A stretch of DNA of 64,000 nucleotides from Gemmatimonadota bacterium (GTDB lineage Bacteria; Gemmatimonadota; Gemmatimonadetes; Palauibacterales; Palauibacteraceae). Below, piece after piece: positions 11,897 through 21,632 of the stretch. The notes below the pieces were generated by a model. It did not search any database. It saw nothing but the letters and a program-made list of their open reading frames with translations, and was not told the origin of the DNA. The position numbers and the translations under genes were made by a program. The stretch lies in contig JBDHHV010000019.1 in the NCBI GenBank assembly GCA_039589195.1, positions 1,323 to 65,322 on the forward strand, in the 5' to 3' direction. Within the stretch, counting starts at the first letter, position 1; the number at the start of each line of letters is the position of its first letter.

Positions 11897-12847
11897 CTAC
11901 TCATAGCGGATGCGCGGATCCACGACCGCGTACAGCAGATCGGCCACGAGGTTGCCCGCGATCACGAGCGCCGCGAACAGGAAGCTCCCCGCCAGCACGA
12001 CCGGATAGTCGCGCGCCAGGATGGCGTCGTGCATCAGGCGACCCATACCGGGCCACGAGAACACCACCTCGATCACGACCGCGCCACCGAACAGGATCGG
12101 GAGGAAGAGCCCCAGCAGGCTCACGACGGGGATCATCGCGTTTCTAAGCGCGTGCACGAGCACGACGCGTCTCTCGGTCAGACCTTTCGCGCGCGCGGTC
12201 CGGATATAGTCCTGACCGATCACTTCCAGCATCGAGCCGCGCATGTAGCGGGCGACCGCCGCGGCCGATGCGACCCCCAGCGCGATCGTCGGAAGGACGA
12301 GGTGTCGGCCCCGATCCGCGAGCCGGCCCCACAACCCCATCGCATCGTAGTCCAGGCTCTGCATGCCCGAGATCGGGAGCCTGGCTCCGTCCGGCACCGC
12401 ATTCGACGAGACGATCAGGATCAGCATCAACCCGAGCCAGAAGCCGGGCATCGAGTAGATGAACAGCGCCAGGAAGGTGAGCGAGTGATCCAGGACCGAG
12501 TACTGGCGGATCGCCTGCACGATCCCCACGGCGCAGCCGATGATGAAGATCAGTCCGAGCGACACACCGCCGAGCAGCAGCGTGTTCGGGAGCGCGTCCG
12601 CGAGCACGGCCGTCACGGGTCTGAATTGACTGAAGCTGTACCCGAAGTCCCCGCTCAGAAAGCTGCCGAGCCAGCGCACGTATTGCTCGTAGAGCGGCCG
12701 ATCCAGCCCGAAGTTGCGACGCATCTGCTCGATCACTTCGGGGCTGACGTTGGGGTTGAAGAACGCGGTGGTCGGATCTCCAGGCGCGAGATGGAGGAGG
12801 AGGAAGAGGAGGGTCAGGATCCCCCATAGCAGGGGGATCGCGCCCAT
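11897..12847 (-). CDS. Peptide ABC transporter permease (OppB/DppB-like)
   Basis: 316 aa, six TM segments, ...YIRTARAKGLTERRVVLVHALRNAMIPVVS... Confidence 0.9.
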   Translation of the reverse strand: MGAIPLLWGILTLLFLLLHLAPGDPTTAFFNPNVSPEVIEQMRRNFGLDRPLYEQYVRWLGSFLSGDFGYSFSQFRPVTAVLADALPNTLLLGGVSLGLIFIIGCAVGIVQAIRQYSVLDHSLTFLALFIYSMPGFWLGLMLILIVSSNAVPDGARLPISGMQSLDYDAMGLWGRLADRGRHLVLPTIALGVASAAAVARYMRGSMLEVIGQDYIRTARAKGLTERRVVLVHALRNAMIPVVSLLGLFLPILFGGAVVIEVVFSWPGMGRLMHDAILARDYPVVLAGSFLFAALVIAGNLVADLLYAVVDPRIRYE

Positions 12848-12934
12848 CAGCCGGCGGATGAGGTATCGGAGCAGCGGACCCCCTTTTCCTGCCGTCGGTC
12901 GTCCGGCCTGTCGAGCCGCTGGCGGGTCAGACCG

Positions 12935-14602
12935 CTACGGAGACCCGTTGGCGGCACGGTAATCCGGGTGGACCCACCAATCCCGTACGCTCGTGAACTC
13001 GCCGCGCGCGTCCAACACGAGACCCTGGAGCTCGCGCCGCACCCCCACCGCGTCGGTGGTGAAATACAGGAAGGTGAACGGCTGATCCCCCTGAACGATG
13101 CGATTGTACTTTCGGTACAGCCGCAATCGGGTCGGTCGGTCCCGTACCATCGGGATCGAGTCCAACACGGGATCGAGCTCCCGGTTGCAATAGCTCGCGA
13201 ACTGGAAGATCTCGCCCAGGTGGCTGCAGGCGAACAACGGACGGTCATCCACCTCGAAGTCCGGGTCCCAGGCCAGCACGACGGCGTCGAATCGTCTCTC
13301 CGGGCTCGTGAGGGCTGCCGCGAGCGCACCGGACTCCCGCGTCGACGGGGTCGCCTCCACCCCGATCGCCCGCAGTTGACTCTGGACGATCACCGAGATG
13401 TCCTGGTTTACCTGACGATCGTTCGTCGAGAGCTCGAAGCTCAACTCGTTTCCGGCCCGGTCGCGCACCCCATCCCCGTCCGAGTCCGTCCAGCCCAACG
13501 AGTCCAGGAGGGCGGCTGCCCCCTCAGGGTCGTAGGCGAGAGGGGCGAGCTCGGCCTCGTACGCCCAGTGCCATGGCCCGATCGGGCCGTTGGCGACGCG
13601 TCCCAGACCGTTTCGCACCGCACCCACGAGCGAGGGGCGATCGATCGCCATCGTGAGCGCGCGACGCACGGCCGCGTCCCGGAAGACCGGCCGCTGTCCG
13701 TTCCACACAATGAACGTGTAAGACCGGATGGGGAACGTCAGTACCGCCAGATCCGGATCCGCCTCGATGCGCTCGATTTGCGACGGCGGCAGGTCGCGCA
13801 GCATGTGGACGGATCCCGTCCGCAGCTCGGCGAACAGCGTCGCCTCGTCCGGCACCGCCTTGTAGACGAGCCGGTCCAGGTAGGGTCGCCCCCCCAGCCC
13901 GTTCGGGAAGCCCTCGTTCGCCTCGAACACCCAGCGGTCACCGGGAAGCCGCTCCACGAAGCGGAAGGGCCCGTTCCCGACGGGAGCCTCGGTGCCGAAC
14001 GGATCGCGCCCGAGTTCCTCCGGCCCGACATCACCCAGAAGGTGCGCGGGCATGATCGGCAGCTGTGTCCACCCGTACAGGAAACCGGCGTGCGGTCGCA
14101 GCACGAAACGAATCGTGTACGGGTCGAGAACCTCGGCCCCCTCCCATTGATCGAACCACTCTCTGTTCGGAAATGCGGTGCGGGGCTCTTTGAGTCGCTC
14201 GAACGTGAAGGCCACGTCGCGTGCGGTCGTTGACACGCCATCGTGCCACCGTACGTCGCGCCGGAGGTGGAAGACGACCTGGGTGCTGTCCTGATTGAGC
14301 TCCCAGGACTCGGCGAGATAGGGCTCCGCCTGCATGGTGGAGTCGTGACGCAGAAGCGTCATGAGAAGGACGTGCTTCTGAAGCTCCGCCGCCAGATGCC
14401 CCGTAGTGGCGGCGGGATTCACAGTCGCTACATCGGCCGCCCCACCCACGACGGCCGTGCCACCGAATCGCTCCGATTCGGCCACCGGCGGCAACGCCGG
14501 AATCTCCTCGAGTGACTCCGTGCGATCGCCACACCCCCAGCCCGACAGGGCTAGCGACACACAGAGCGTGCGGGAAAGTAGCGCCGCCCACGCGTTCCTC
14601 AT
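12935..14602 (-). CDS. ABC transporter substrate-binding protein, family 5 (peptide/nickel); probable lipoprotein
   Basis: Signal peptide plus lipobox LSGWGCGD. SBP_bac_5-like architecture. Confidence 0.9.
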   Translation of the reverse strand: MRNAWAALLSRTLCVSLALSGWGCGDRTESLEEIPALPPVAESERFGGTAVVGGAADVATVNPAATTGHLAAELQKHVLLMTLLRHDSTMQAEPYLAESWELNQDSTQVVFHLRRDVRWHDGVSTTARDVAFTFERLKEPRTAFPNREWFDQWEGAEVLDPYTIRFVLRPHAGFLYGWTQLPIMPAHLLGDVGPEELGRDPFGTEAPVGNGPFRFVERLPGDRWVFEANEGFPNGLGGRPYLDRLVYKAVPDEATLFAELRTGSVHMLRDLPPSQIERIEADPDLAVLTFPIRSYTFIVWNGQRPVFRDAAVRRALTMAIDRPSLVGAVRNGLGRVANGPIGPWHWAYEAELAPLAYDPEGAAALLDSLGWTDSDGDGVRDRAGNELSFELSTNDRQVNQDISVIVQSQLRAIGVEATPSTRESGALAAALTSPERRFDAVVLAWDPDFEVDDRPLFACSHLGEIFQFASYCNRELDPVLDSIPMVRDRPTRLRLYRKYNRIVQGDQPFTFLYFTTDAVGVRRELQGLVLDARGEFTSVRDWWVHPDYRAANGSP

Positions 14603-14740
14603 CGTCCTCCTCCTCCCAACCCCCGCGGGGTCGAAACGACACCCTCACGACGACTTACAATACGCCCTCCGGGGCGCGGCGCACATATGCCCCCGGGTCC
14701 CCGGGGGGGCGCCGGTCGTGCCGGTCTCCCGGCTACCGGC

Positions 14741-16312
14741 TCACGGAGGCGAGACCCAGCGCCAGCGCGGGAGCGTCATCAGCTCGCCACGTGCATCCAT
14801 CTCGACTCCCTGCAACTCGCTCCGCACGCCCGCGAGCTCATCGTTCCAGAACAGCAACGTGATCGGTTGGTCCGCCTGCACGATCTCGGCGAAGCGGCGC
14901 CAGATGCCGGTGGCCTCGGCGGCGTCCAGCGTGCGCGCCCCCAGATCCATCAGGCTGTCCGCCTCGGGGTTCGAGTACGAGCTTCGGTTCGCGCTCCCCT
15001 CGATGGCGACCTGGCTCGAGTGGAACAGGGGTCGCGGGTCGACCCGGAAGTTGTCGAGGACCCAGTTGGTGAGCACGGCGTCGAAGTCGCGCGATCGGTG
15101 TAGCCCGAGGACGGTTTGCCACTCCAGCAGGCGGGCCTCGACCTCGATACCCACTCTGGCGAGCTGGGCCTGCACCACCTGCACGAGATCCGCGAACACC
15201 GGGTTTCGCTGGCTCGCCAACAACTGAAAGCGCAGCGGACGGCCGTCGCGCTCACGCACGCCATCCCCGTCCACGTCACGCCAGCCGAGGCCCTCCAGTA
15301 TGGCCGCCGCGGAGTCGGGCGCGTATGGGAGCGGCGACAGGGAAGGCGCGTACGGGTGCCACGGGGGAATCACGCTGCTCGCAGGCTGTCCCAGCCCACG
15401 CAGGATCGCATCGAGCAACTCCTCGCGATCGATCGCCAACGCGAGCGCGCGACGTGCCCCGGACTCGCGAAACGGATCCCGGCGTGTGTTCCACCCGATG
15501 TAGGTGAACTGACGCCACGGGAAGGAGAGTAGCTCGACGCCGGGTGCGTCGCGGACCCGCTCGGCGTCCTGTGGAGCCAGGGGCCCGTCGACGTGGATAT
15601 CGCCTCGCAGAAGCTCCGCCAGCCGCGTGGTCCGCTCGGGCAGGAAGCGATATACGACCCGTCCGATCTCGGCGGCGCCACCGAGGGCCGCGGGGAAGGC
15701 GGGCTCGCGCTCCAACTCGAGCGCCTGGCCGACCTCCCAGCGTACGAACCGATACGGACCGCTTCCGAGCGGTGCCCGGCCGAACGGGTCGCGCGCGAGA
15801 TCCTCGGGGGAGACCTCTTCGAGCAGGTGCTTCGGCACCGGAGGCCAGAAGAAATCCTCCAGCGGCTCAGCGTGCGGGGCCGTGAAGGTGAAGCGGATCC
15901 GATACGGGTCTAGGACCGCCGCCGTCTGGACGTTCGACAGGTACGCCGCTCCGAGCGGCGAGGCCACGGCCGGGTTCTTGGCCAGATCGAAGGTGAACTT
16001 CACGTCCTCGGCCGTGACCGGCTCGCCATCGTGCCAGGTCACGTCGCTGCGAAGCTGGAACGTGATTCCCGTATCGGATAGCGTCCACGCTTCCGCCAGC
16101 CACGGCTGCACGTTGAACGACGCGTCGTAGGTCACGAGGGGCGTGAACAGGAGAGAGTAAATGAGGTCGTTCGCGTTCTGGTCCGTGCTCACGACCGGAT
16201 TCAGGGTCTGGAGCTCGGCCGCGTACCCCAACACGAGAGCAGCCGGCCGCCTCGCACCCGTCTCCCGCGAATCGCCACAGGCCCAGCACGCGAACAACAC
16301 CCACAGGAGCAT
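14741..16312 (-). CDS. Second family-5 substrate-binding protein. Start placed at the internal Met, MLLWVLFACWACGD
   Basis: The ORF-track ORF extends upstream to 16831 as an Arg/Pro-rich tail. The Met at 16310-16312 begins a signal peptide with a lipobox Cys. Paralogue of the previous gene. Confidence 0.8.
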   Translation of the reverse strand: MLLWVLFACWACGDSRETGARRPAALVLGYAAELQTLNPVVSTDQNANDLIYSLLFTPLVTYDASFNVQPWLAEAWTLSDTGITFQLRSDVTWHDGEPVTAEDVKFTFDLAKNPAVASPLGAAYLSNVQTAAVLDPYRIRFTFTAPHAEPLEDFFWPPVPKHLLEEVSPEDLARDPFGRAPLGSGPYRFVRWEVGQALELEREPAFPAALGGAAEIGRVVYRFLPERTTRLAELLRGDIHVDGPLAPQDAERVRDAPGVELLSFPWRQFTYIGWNTRRDPFRESGARRALALAIDREELLDAILRGLGQPASSVIPPWHPYAPSLSPLPYAPDSAAAILEGLGWRDVDGDGVRERDGRPLRFQLLASQRNPVFADLVQVVQAQLARVGIEVEARLLEWQTVLGLHRSRDFDAVLTNWVLDNFRVDPRPLFHSSQVAIEGSANRSSYSNPEADSLMDLGARTLDAAEATGIWRRFAEIVQADQPITLLFWNDELAGVRSELQGVEMDARGELMTLPRWRWVSPP

Positions 16313-16470
16313 GCCTGCGCGCCGTGCGGTGCGCGGGGATGTCGACCGCCTGACGGGCTCCCGCCTCGATGAGCTCTCGTTCACAGGCCGAACGTACCGA
16401 CCCCCGATCGCGAGTGAAAGCAACGGGCGGGAACGGAGAGCGAGTCGCGTCGCGTATTCCCTGGCGCGCG

Positions 16471-17346
16471 CTAGCGGTGCCAGGTCCACGCGCCGCTCCG
16501 GTACTTCTTCTCGAGCTCCCGAGCTTCCATCTCCAGCGCGGGGTCGAGGCTCGCCGGCTCCGGCTTGCACCCGAACTCGGTTCCGAACGCGTCGCTGAGG
16601 GTTTGAATCAGGAGCGTGGGCTCGGGCATCTCTCGCACCAGCTCCGAGAGGCCGATCGCCGCACTCTCGGTCCGATCGCCCCTTTGCGCATCCAGGTTCC
16701 CCCACGCTTGCTCGTTCACCAAAAGGATCGACCCGTGCTGGAGGAGCACGCCCCGGTGCCTCCATTGGGCGCTCCCGACGAGCTTGCGGCCGCCGGCCGT
16801 TACCTCGCCCTGTGCCGGTTCCTGAAAGCACGGCCGAGATCCGAGTGGGCCGGGAGCTGGATCGGGGCCCGGGGCAGGGTCAAGGCCGAGGGTGGGATCG
16901 AGTGAGGCGCCGAGTCGGGTCAATCCGCCGTGGAGGGCGGCGTTGATGCGCCGATACGTGCGACGCGGCCCGCCCCACAGCCGATCGGGAGCCGTCACGC
17001 TGTAGGTGAGCTCCCGACTGTGGTACACGGAGCGTCCACCGGTCGGACGCCGCACGACGTCTTCGCCGGGACAAAGCTCGTCCCGAGAGCGCTCCTGGAT
17101 CCACTCGGGCGTCGTCTGGTTACGACCGAGCGACAGACAGCCCGGCTCCCACGTGTAGAATCTGAGCGTCGCGGCGCCGGTCCGCGCGAGACCCATCAAT
17201 GCCTCGTCCACCGCCATGTTCCGGGCTCCCGCCCCGGGTCCGTCGATGCGAAGCAGGAAGCGCGTGGGGACCGCGGCAGGATGGGGGTGTGTGGGGTGCG
17301 AGGGTCGACCGCCGGTCCCGGCTAGTCGCCGTCCGGGAAGCTCCAT
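16471..17346 (-). CDS. Lipoate-protein ligase / octanoyltransferase family protein (BPL_LplA_LipB domain)
   Basis: Contains ...NMAVDEAL... and the catalytic-lysine motif KLVGSAQ. The true start is probably internal, near 17217 or upstream of the FLLRIDGP segment. Confidence 0.7.
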   Translation of the reverse strand: MELPGRRLAGTGGRPSHPTHPHPAAVPTRFLLRIDGPGAGARNMAVDEALMGLARTGAATLRFYTWEPGCLSLGRNQTTPEWIQERSRDELCPGEDVVRRPTGGRSVYHSRELTYSVTAPDRLWGGPRRTYRRINAALHGGLTRLGASLDPTLGLDPAPGPDPAPGPLGSRPCFQEPAQGEVTAGGRKLVGSAQWRHRGVLLQHGSILLVNEQAWGNLDAQRGDRTESAAIGLSELVREMPEPTLLIQTLSDAFGTEFGCKPEPASLDPALEMEARELEKKYRSGAWTWHR

Positions 17347-18806
17347 CGCACATCCAGGTGGCGGCCGGCGCCTCCTTCATCGAGGCGGCGTACGGGGGTC
17401 TCGTGCGGCGCTTCGGTCACCAGCTCCGGACTCTCGGCCGCCTCGCGCGCGATCGCCAGCATCGCGTCCGCGAATCGGTCCAGTTCGTCCTTCGTCTCGG
17501 TCTCCGTCGGCTCCGTCATCAAGGCCTCGGAGACGGTGAGCGGGAAATAGACCGTTGGGGCGTGGAATCCGTAGTCGAGGAGCCGCTTGGCGACGTCCAG
17601 CGTCTTGACCCCGTATTCCTTCTTCAGCCGATCGCCCGTGTACACCGACTCGTGCATCCCGCGCCCGTAGGGCAGGGGGTACGTGTCGGCCAGCCGCGCG
17701 CTCAGGTACGCGTTGTTGAGCACGGCCGCGTCGGCCGTGGCGCGGATCCCCTCTACGCCCAGCATCCTGATGTAGGTGTACGCGCGCACGAGCACGCCGA
17801 AGTTCCCGTTGAACCCGTGCACCTTTCCGATCGATTCCGGTGCGTCCCAATCCCACACGAACCGGTCCTCGAGACGCACGACCCGAGGAATCGGGAGGAA
17901 CTTCGTGAGATGGTCCTTGACCGCGACCGGCCCCGAGCCCGGCCCGCCCCCGCCGTGTGGCGTGCTGAACGTCTTGTGCAGGTTGAAGTGCACGATGTCG
18001 TAGCCGGTGTCGCCGGGGCGGGTGACGCCCATCATGGCGTTCAGGTTGGCACCGTCCATGTACATCAGCCCGCCCGCCTCGTGCACGCGCCGGCTGATCT
18101 CAGCCACTTCCGACTCGAAACGGCCCAACGTGTTCGGGTTGGTGAGCATCATGCCGGCCGTGTCGTCCGACAGCGCGGCCGAGAGCGAGTCCAGATCTGT
18201 GCGCCCTGCGTCGTCGGAAGCGATCTCGACGACCTGGAATCCCCCCAGCGCGCAGGTGGCCGGGTTCGTGCCGTGCGCCGAGTCCGGAACCAGCACCTTG
18301 CGGCGCCCGGGCTCGCCGTTGGCGTGGTGATACGCGCGCATGAGCATGACCCCGGTCATTTCGCCCTGTGCCCCGGCCGCCGGCTGGAGTGTCACAGCAT
18401 CCATCCCGGCGATCTCGCGCAGCATCTCCCCGAGCTCGAACATGAGGCGCAGAGCCCCCTGGGTGGCCTCGGAGGGCGTGAGGGGGTGAAGGCCGGAGAA
18501 GCCGGGCAAGCGCGCCGTCGCCTCGTTGACCTTCGGGTTGTACTTCATGGTGCACGACCCGAGCGGGTAGAGCGCGCGGTCCACGTGGTGGTTCTTCAGC
18601 GAGAGCTCCGTGTAGTGACGCACCACGTCATGTTCGGGGAGCTCGGGCAGCCGCAGCGGTGCGGAGCGGAGCAGCTCGACGGGGAGCAGCTCTTCGAGCG
18701 ACCGCGTCGGGACATCCGTCTTCGGGACCGATGTGCCTCGCCGTCCGGGCCGGGATTTCTCGAAAACGGTGGGCGTTTCCTCGCCCTTGTACGGGAACCT
18801 GCTCAT
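17322..18806 (-). CDS. gcvPB: Glycine dehydrogenase (decarboxylating) subunit 2
   Basis: Starts MSRFPYKGEETPTVFEKS... PLP-dependent P-protein C-terminal half. Confidence 0.9.
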   Translation of the reverse strand: MSRFPYKGEETPTVFEKSRPGRRGTSVPKTDVPTRSLEELLPVELLRSAPLRLPELPEHDVVRHYTELSLKNHHVDRALYPLGSCTMKYNPKVNEATARLPGFSGLHPLTPSEATQGALRLMFELGEMLREIAGMDAVTLQPAAGAQGEMTGVMLMRAYHHANGEPGRRKVLVPDSAHGTNPATCALGGFQVVEIASDDAGRTDLDSLSAALSDDTAGMMLTNPNTLGRFESEVAEISRRVHEAGGLMYMDGANLNAMMGVTRPGDTGYDIVHFNLHKTFSTPHGGGGPGSGPVAVKDHLTKFLPIPRVVRLEDRFVWDWDAPESIGKVHGFNGNFGVLVRAYTYIRMLGVEGIRATADAAVLNNAYLSARLADTYPLPYGRGMHESVYTGDRLKKEYGVKTLDVAKRLLDYGFHAPTVYFPLTVSEALMTEPTETETKDELDRFADAMLAIAREAAESPELVTEAPHETPVRRLDEGGAGRHLDVRWSFPDGD

Positions 18807-18840
18807 GACCCAGCTTCCGGCTCTCGGGGAATCCGGCGGC

Positions 18841-19533
18841 TCAAAACTCGTACGCTCCACCCGGGGCCAACGGAACGACCTCGGCAACCGATCCCACCCG
18901 AGCGCGGAACGCCTCCGGATCCTGTTCGATCACGTCGAAGGTGTCGTAATGAACCGGGATGACGATCTCCGGACGGATCATCTCGGCTGCCCGCGCCGCG
19001 TCTTCGGGGCCCATCGTGAAGTTGTCGCCAATCGGGAGCAGAGCGACGTCCACCTCGCCGGCGAGTAGCTGCATGTCCATCGTCAGCGCCGTATCGCCCG
19101 CGTGGTAGATGCGTTTCCCGTCCACGGACAGGAGGATGCCCGCGGGGAACGTCGTGTACCCCTCCGCTCCCTCGGCGTCGATCTTCCCGCCGTGCAGCGC
19201 GGCGGTCAGCTTCACGCGCCCGAACGGAAACTCGAACCCTCCCCCTATATGGAGCGGGTGGGCGTTCTTCACGCCACGCACCGCCTGCGCGTAGCTCACG
19301 ATCTCGAAGGTCGATATCAGCGTTGCGTCGGTCGCCGACAGGAGATCCCAGGCGTCCGCGACGTGATCGAAGTGCCCGTGAGTCAGCAGCAGATAGTCGA
19401 GCCGGTCGTGGAAGTGCTCCGGTCCGACATCGGCTTTCGGGTTCTCTGTCAGGAAGGGGTCGATCAACAGCCGTGTACCATCGGCGGCCGTGATCTCCGT
19501 GCATGCGTGTCCGTGAAAGACCAGTCTACCCAT
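18841..19533 (-). CDS. Metal-dependent hydrolase, MBL fold (UPF0173-like), inserted between gcvPA and gcvPB
   Basis: 230 aa with the LLLTHGHFDH motif. Confidence 0.8.
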   Translation of the reverse strand: MGRLVFHGHACTEITAADGTRLLIDPFLTENPKADVGPEHFHDRLDYLLLTHGHFDHVADAWDLLSATDATLISTFEIVSYAQAVRGVKNAHPLHIGGGFEFPFGRVKLTAALHGGKIDAEGAEGYTTFPAGILLSVDGKRIYHAGDTALTMDMQLLAGEVDVALLPIGDNFTMGPEDAARAAEMIRPEIVIPVHYDTFDVIEQDPEAFRARVGSVAEVVPLAPGGAYEF

Positions 19534-19549
19534 GTCTCATATCCTCCGG

Positions 19550-20896
19550 TTAGCCTCCCGATGCTACGGAGAGGAAGGCCACCAGGCGGTCGATGTCGTC
19601 CTTACGGTGCTTCTCCGTGAAGGCGAGGAGGAGCCCGTCCTCCACGCCCAATCCGGGCATCCTCGACAGGTAGACCCCCGCAAGGAGTCCTTCGTTCAAT
19701 CCGTCCCGGACCACGTCCTGACCCGGCCGTCCGGTCTTGATCGCGAACTCCCGGAAGAAGGGAGCCTCGGGGAATACCGGCTCGAGGCCGGCCTCTGTGA
19801 GTGCGGTCTGCGCGTAGTGGGCGTTCTGCACCGACGCGAGCGCTACCTCGCGTAACCCCTCACGTCCCACGAGCGCGAGGTGGATCGTCGCGGCCAAGGC
19901 GTTGAGCCCCTGGTTCGTGCAAATGTTGCTCGTCGCTTTCTCGCGGCGGATCTGCTGCTCGCGGGTCTGCAACGTCAGCACGTAGCCGCGCCGGCCCTCG
20001 ACGTCGGTCGTCGCCCCCACGATCCGCCCCGGCATCTTCCGGATCAACTTCTGGGTGGCGGCGAACAGCCCGACGACCGGCCCACCGAAATTGGGCGTGT
20101 TTCCGAACGCCTGCCCTTCGGCCGCCACCAGGTCGGCTCCGCACTCCCCAGGCGTCTTCAATAGGGCGAGGCTGAGAGGATCGGCCACCACGACGATCAC
20201 CAGGGCGCCGTGCTCGTGCGCCGCCGCAGCGAGCGGCTCGACCTCCTCGATCACGCCGTAGAAGTTCGGATTCTGGATGATCAGAGCGGCTGTCTGGTCG
20301 TCGAGCGCCTCGGTCACGGCGGCCGCGTCGACTCGACCGCCGGAGCCGATCGGTACCCGTGAGACGTCGATTTCCTTGCCGGCCAGGTACGTGCGCAACA
20401 CCCGCCGGTAGTGCTTGTGCAGCCCCCCTGCGACTACCACGCGGTTCCGGCGAGTTGCAGACAGCGCCACGAGTATCGCTTCGGCCGCCGCGGAGGCACC
20501 GTCGTACATGGACGCGTTCGCCACGTCCATCCCGGTGAGCTCGCACACCATGGTCTGGAACTCGTAGATCGACTGGAGCGTCCCCTGCGATACCTCGGGC
20601 TGGTAGGGCGTGTAGGCGGTGTAGAACTCGCTCCTGCGGATCAGGTGGTCGACCGCCACCGGGATGTGGTGGTCATAAATTCCGGCGCCGGCGAAGCTCA
20701 GCAGGGGGAGATTCTCGGAGGCGTACGAGTCGAGGAGACGGACCGCCTCCCATTCCGATAGCGCCGCCGGCAGGTCCAGCGGCTGGTTCAGGCGGATTCC
20801 CTCCGGGATGTCCGAATACAACTCGTCCACGCTCGAAACGCCCGCGGCGGCGAGCATTTCGGCGCGATCGGCGTCGCTGTGAGGAACAAACGACAT
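19550..20896 (-). CDS. gcvPA: Glycine dehydrogenase (decarboxylating) subunit 1
   Basis: MSFVPHSDADRAEMLAAAG...FYTAYTPYQPEVSQGTLQSIYEFQTMVCELTGMDVANASMYDG. Confidence 0.95.
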   Translation of the reverse strand: MSFVPHSDADRAEMLAAAGVSSVDELYSDIPEGIRLNQPLDLPAALSEWEAVRLLDSYASENLPLLSFAGAGIYDHHIPVAVDHLIRRSEFYTAYTPYQPEVSQGTLQSIYEFQTMVCELTGMDVANASMYDGASAAAEAILVALSATRRNRVVVAGGLHKHYRRVLRTYLAGKEIDVSRVPIGSGGRVDAAAVTEALDDQTAALIIQNPNFYGVIEEVEPLAAAAHEHGALVIVVVADPLSLALLKTPGECGADLVAAEGQAFGNTPNFGGPVVGLFAATQKLIRKMPGRIVGATTDVEGRRGYVLTLQTREQQIRREKATSNICTNQGLNALAATIHLALVGREGLREVALASVQNAHYAQTALTEAGLEPVFPEAPFFREFAIKTGRPGQDVVRDGLNEGLLAGVYLSRMPGLGVEDGLLLAFTEKHRKDDIDRLVAFLSVASGG

Positions 20897-21051
20897 GTGG
20901 TTTCTCTGGCAGGTCGTCTCCGGCCTGCCTTTGCAGATCGTCTCCGACCTGCTCTAAGGAGCCCGGGGGCTACGCTACCGCTGGCAGCGAAGCCGAGGAA
21001 GGCGGTGCGAGCTGGCGTCCACGTCGAACGCGATACCCCGGCGCGCTTGGC

Positions 21052-21450
21052 TCAGGCTTCCTCGTCCCCGATGTGTTTCCCGTAATCTTCGGCCGAGAGG
21101 AGCTCATCCAGTTGTGTGGCATCGTCCACGCGTAGCCGGATCATCCACCCCTCGCCGTACGGATCCGCATTGACCAGGGCCGGATCGTCCTCGAGCGCGC
21201 CGTTGACTTCGACGATCTCGCCGGCCAGAGGGCTGTAGAGCTCCGATACGGCCTTTACGGCCTCGATCGTTCCGAACGAGTCCATGCGGGCGTACCGGTC
21301 ACCCGGTGGCGGGAGCTCGACGTACACGACATCGCCGAGCTCTCCCTGCGCGTAGTCGGTGATTCCGACGAGCACGACACCCTCTTCGTCGGTCTCGCGA
21401 ACGTACTCGTGCTCCTCGGTATACTTCAGGCTACTCGGGATTTCTGACAT
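21052..21450 (-). CDS. gcvH: Glycine cleavage system H protein (lipoyl carrier)
   Basis: 132 aa. The lipoyl-lysine motif ...EAVKAVSELYSP... is present. RBS GAGG sits 7 nt upstream of the ATG. Confidence 0.95.
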   Translation of the reverse strand: MSEIPSSLKYTEEHEYVRETDEEGVVLVGITDYAQGELGDVVYVELPPPGDRYARMDSFGTIEAVKAVSELYSPLAGEIVEVNGALEDDPALVNADPYGEGWMIRLRVDDATQLDELLSAEDYGKHIGDEEA

Positions 21451-21632
21451 CGTCGCCTCGTTCTCTTACCGACCCGCTTTCCGTCAGTTAGGAGTACCGG
21501 GGGGGTGAGAATACCCGAGCCGTGCGCCGAGCGTCAAGGAGCACCGCACGGACGGTGTCGCGTGCGCGACTGACGTGCGACGCGGGACGCTTCGAGGACC
21601 GTTCCCGGACCGCTATCGACGACTTCCCCAGC

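Noticed and set aside
21451-21632. Glycine riboswitch upstream of gcvH
   Set aside because: I looked for the GGAGAG / ACCGAAGGGGCAA / CUCUCAGGCAAAAGGAC aptamer motifs on the minus (gcvH) strand and found none. The only partial resemblance (GCGCCGAgcgtcAAGGAGCA) is on the plus strand and carries an insertion. It is retained only as a note inside the gcv finding.
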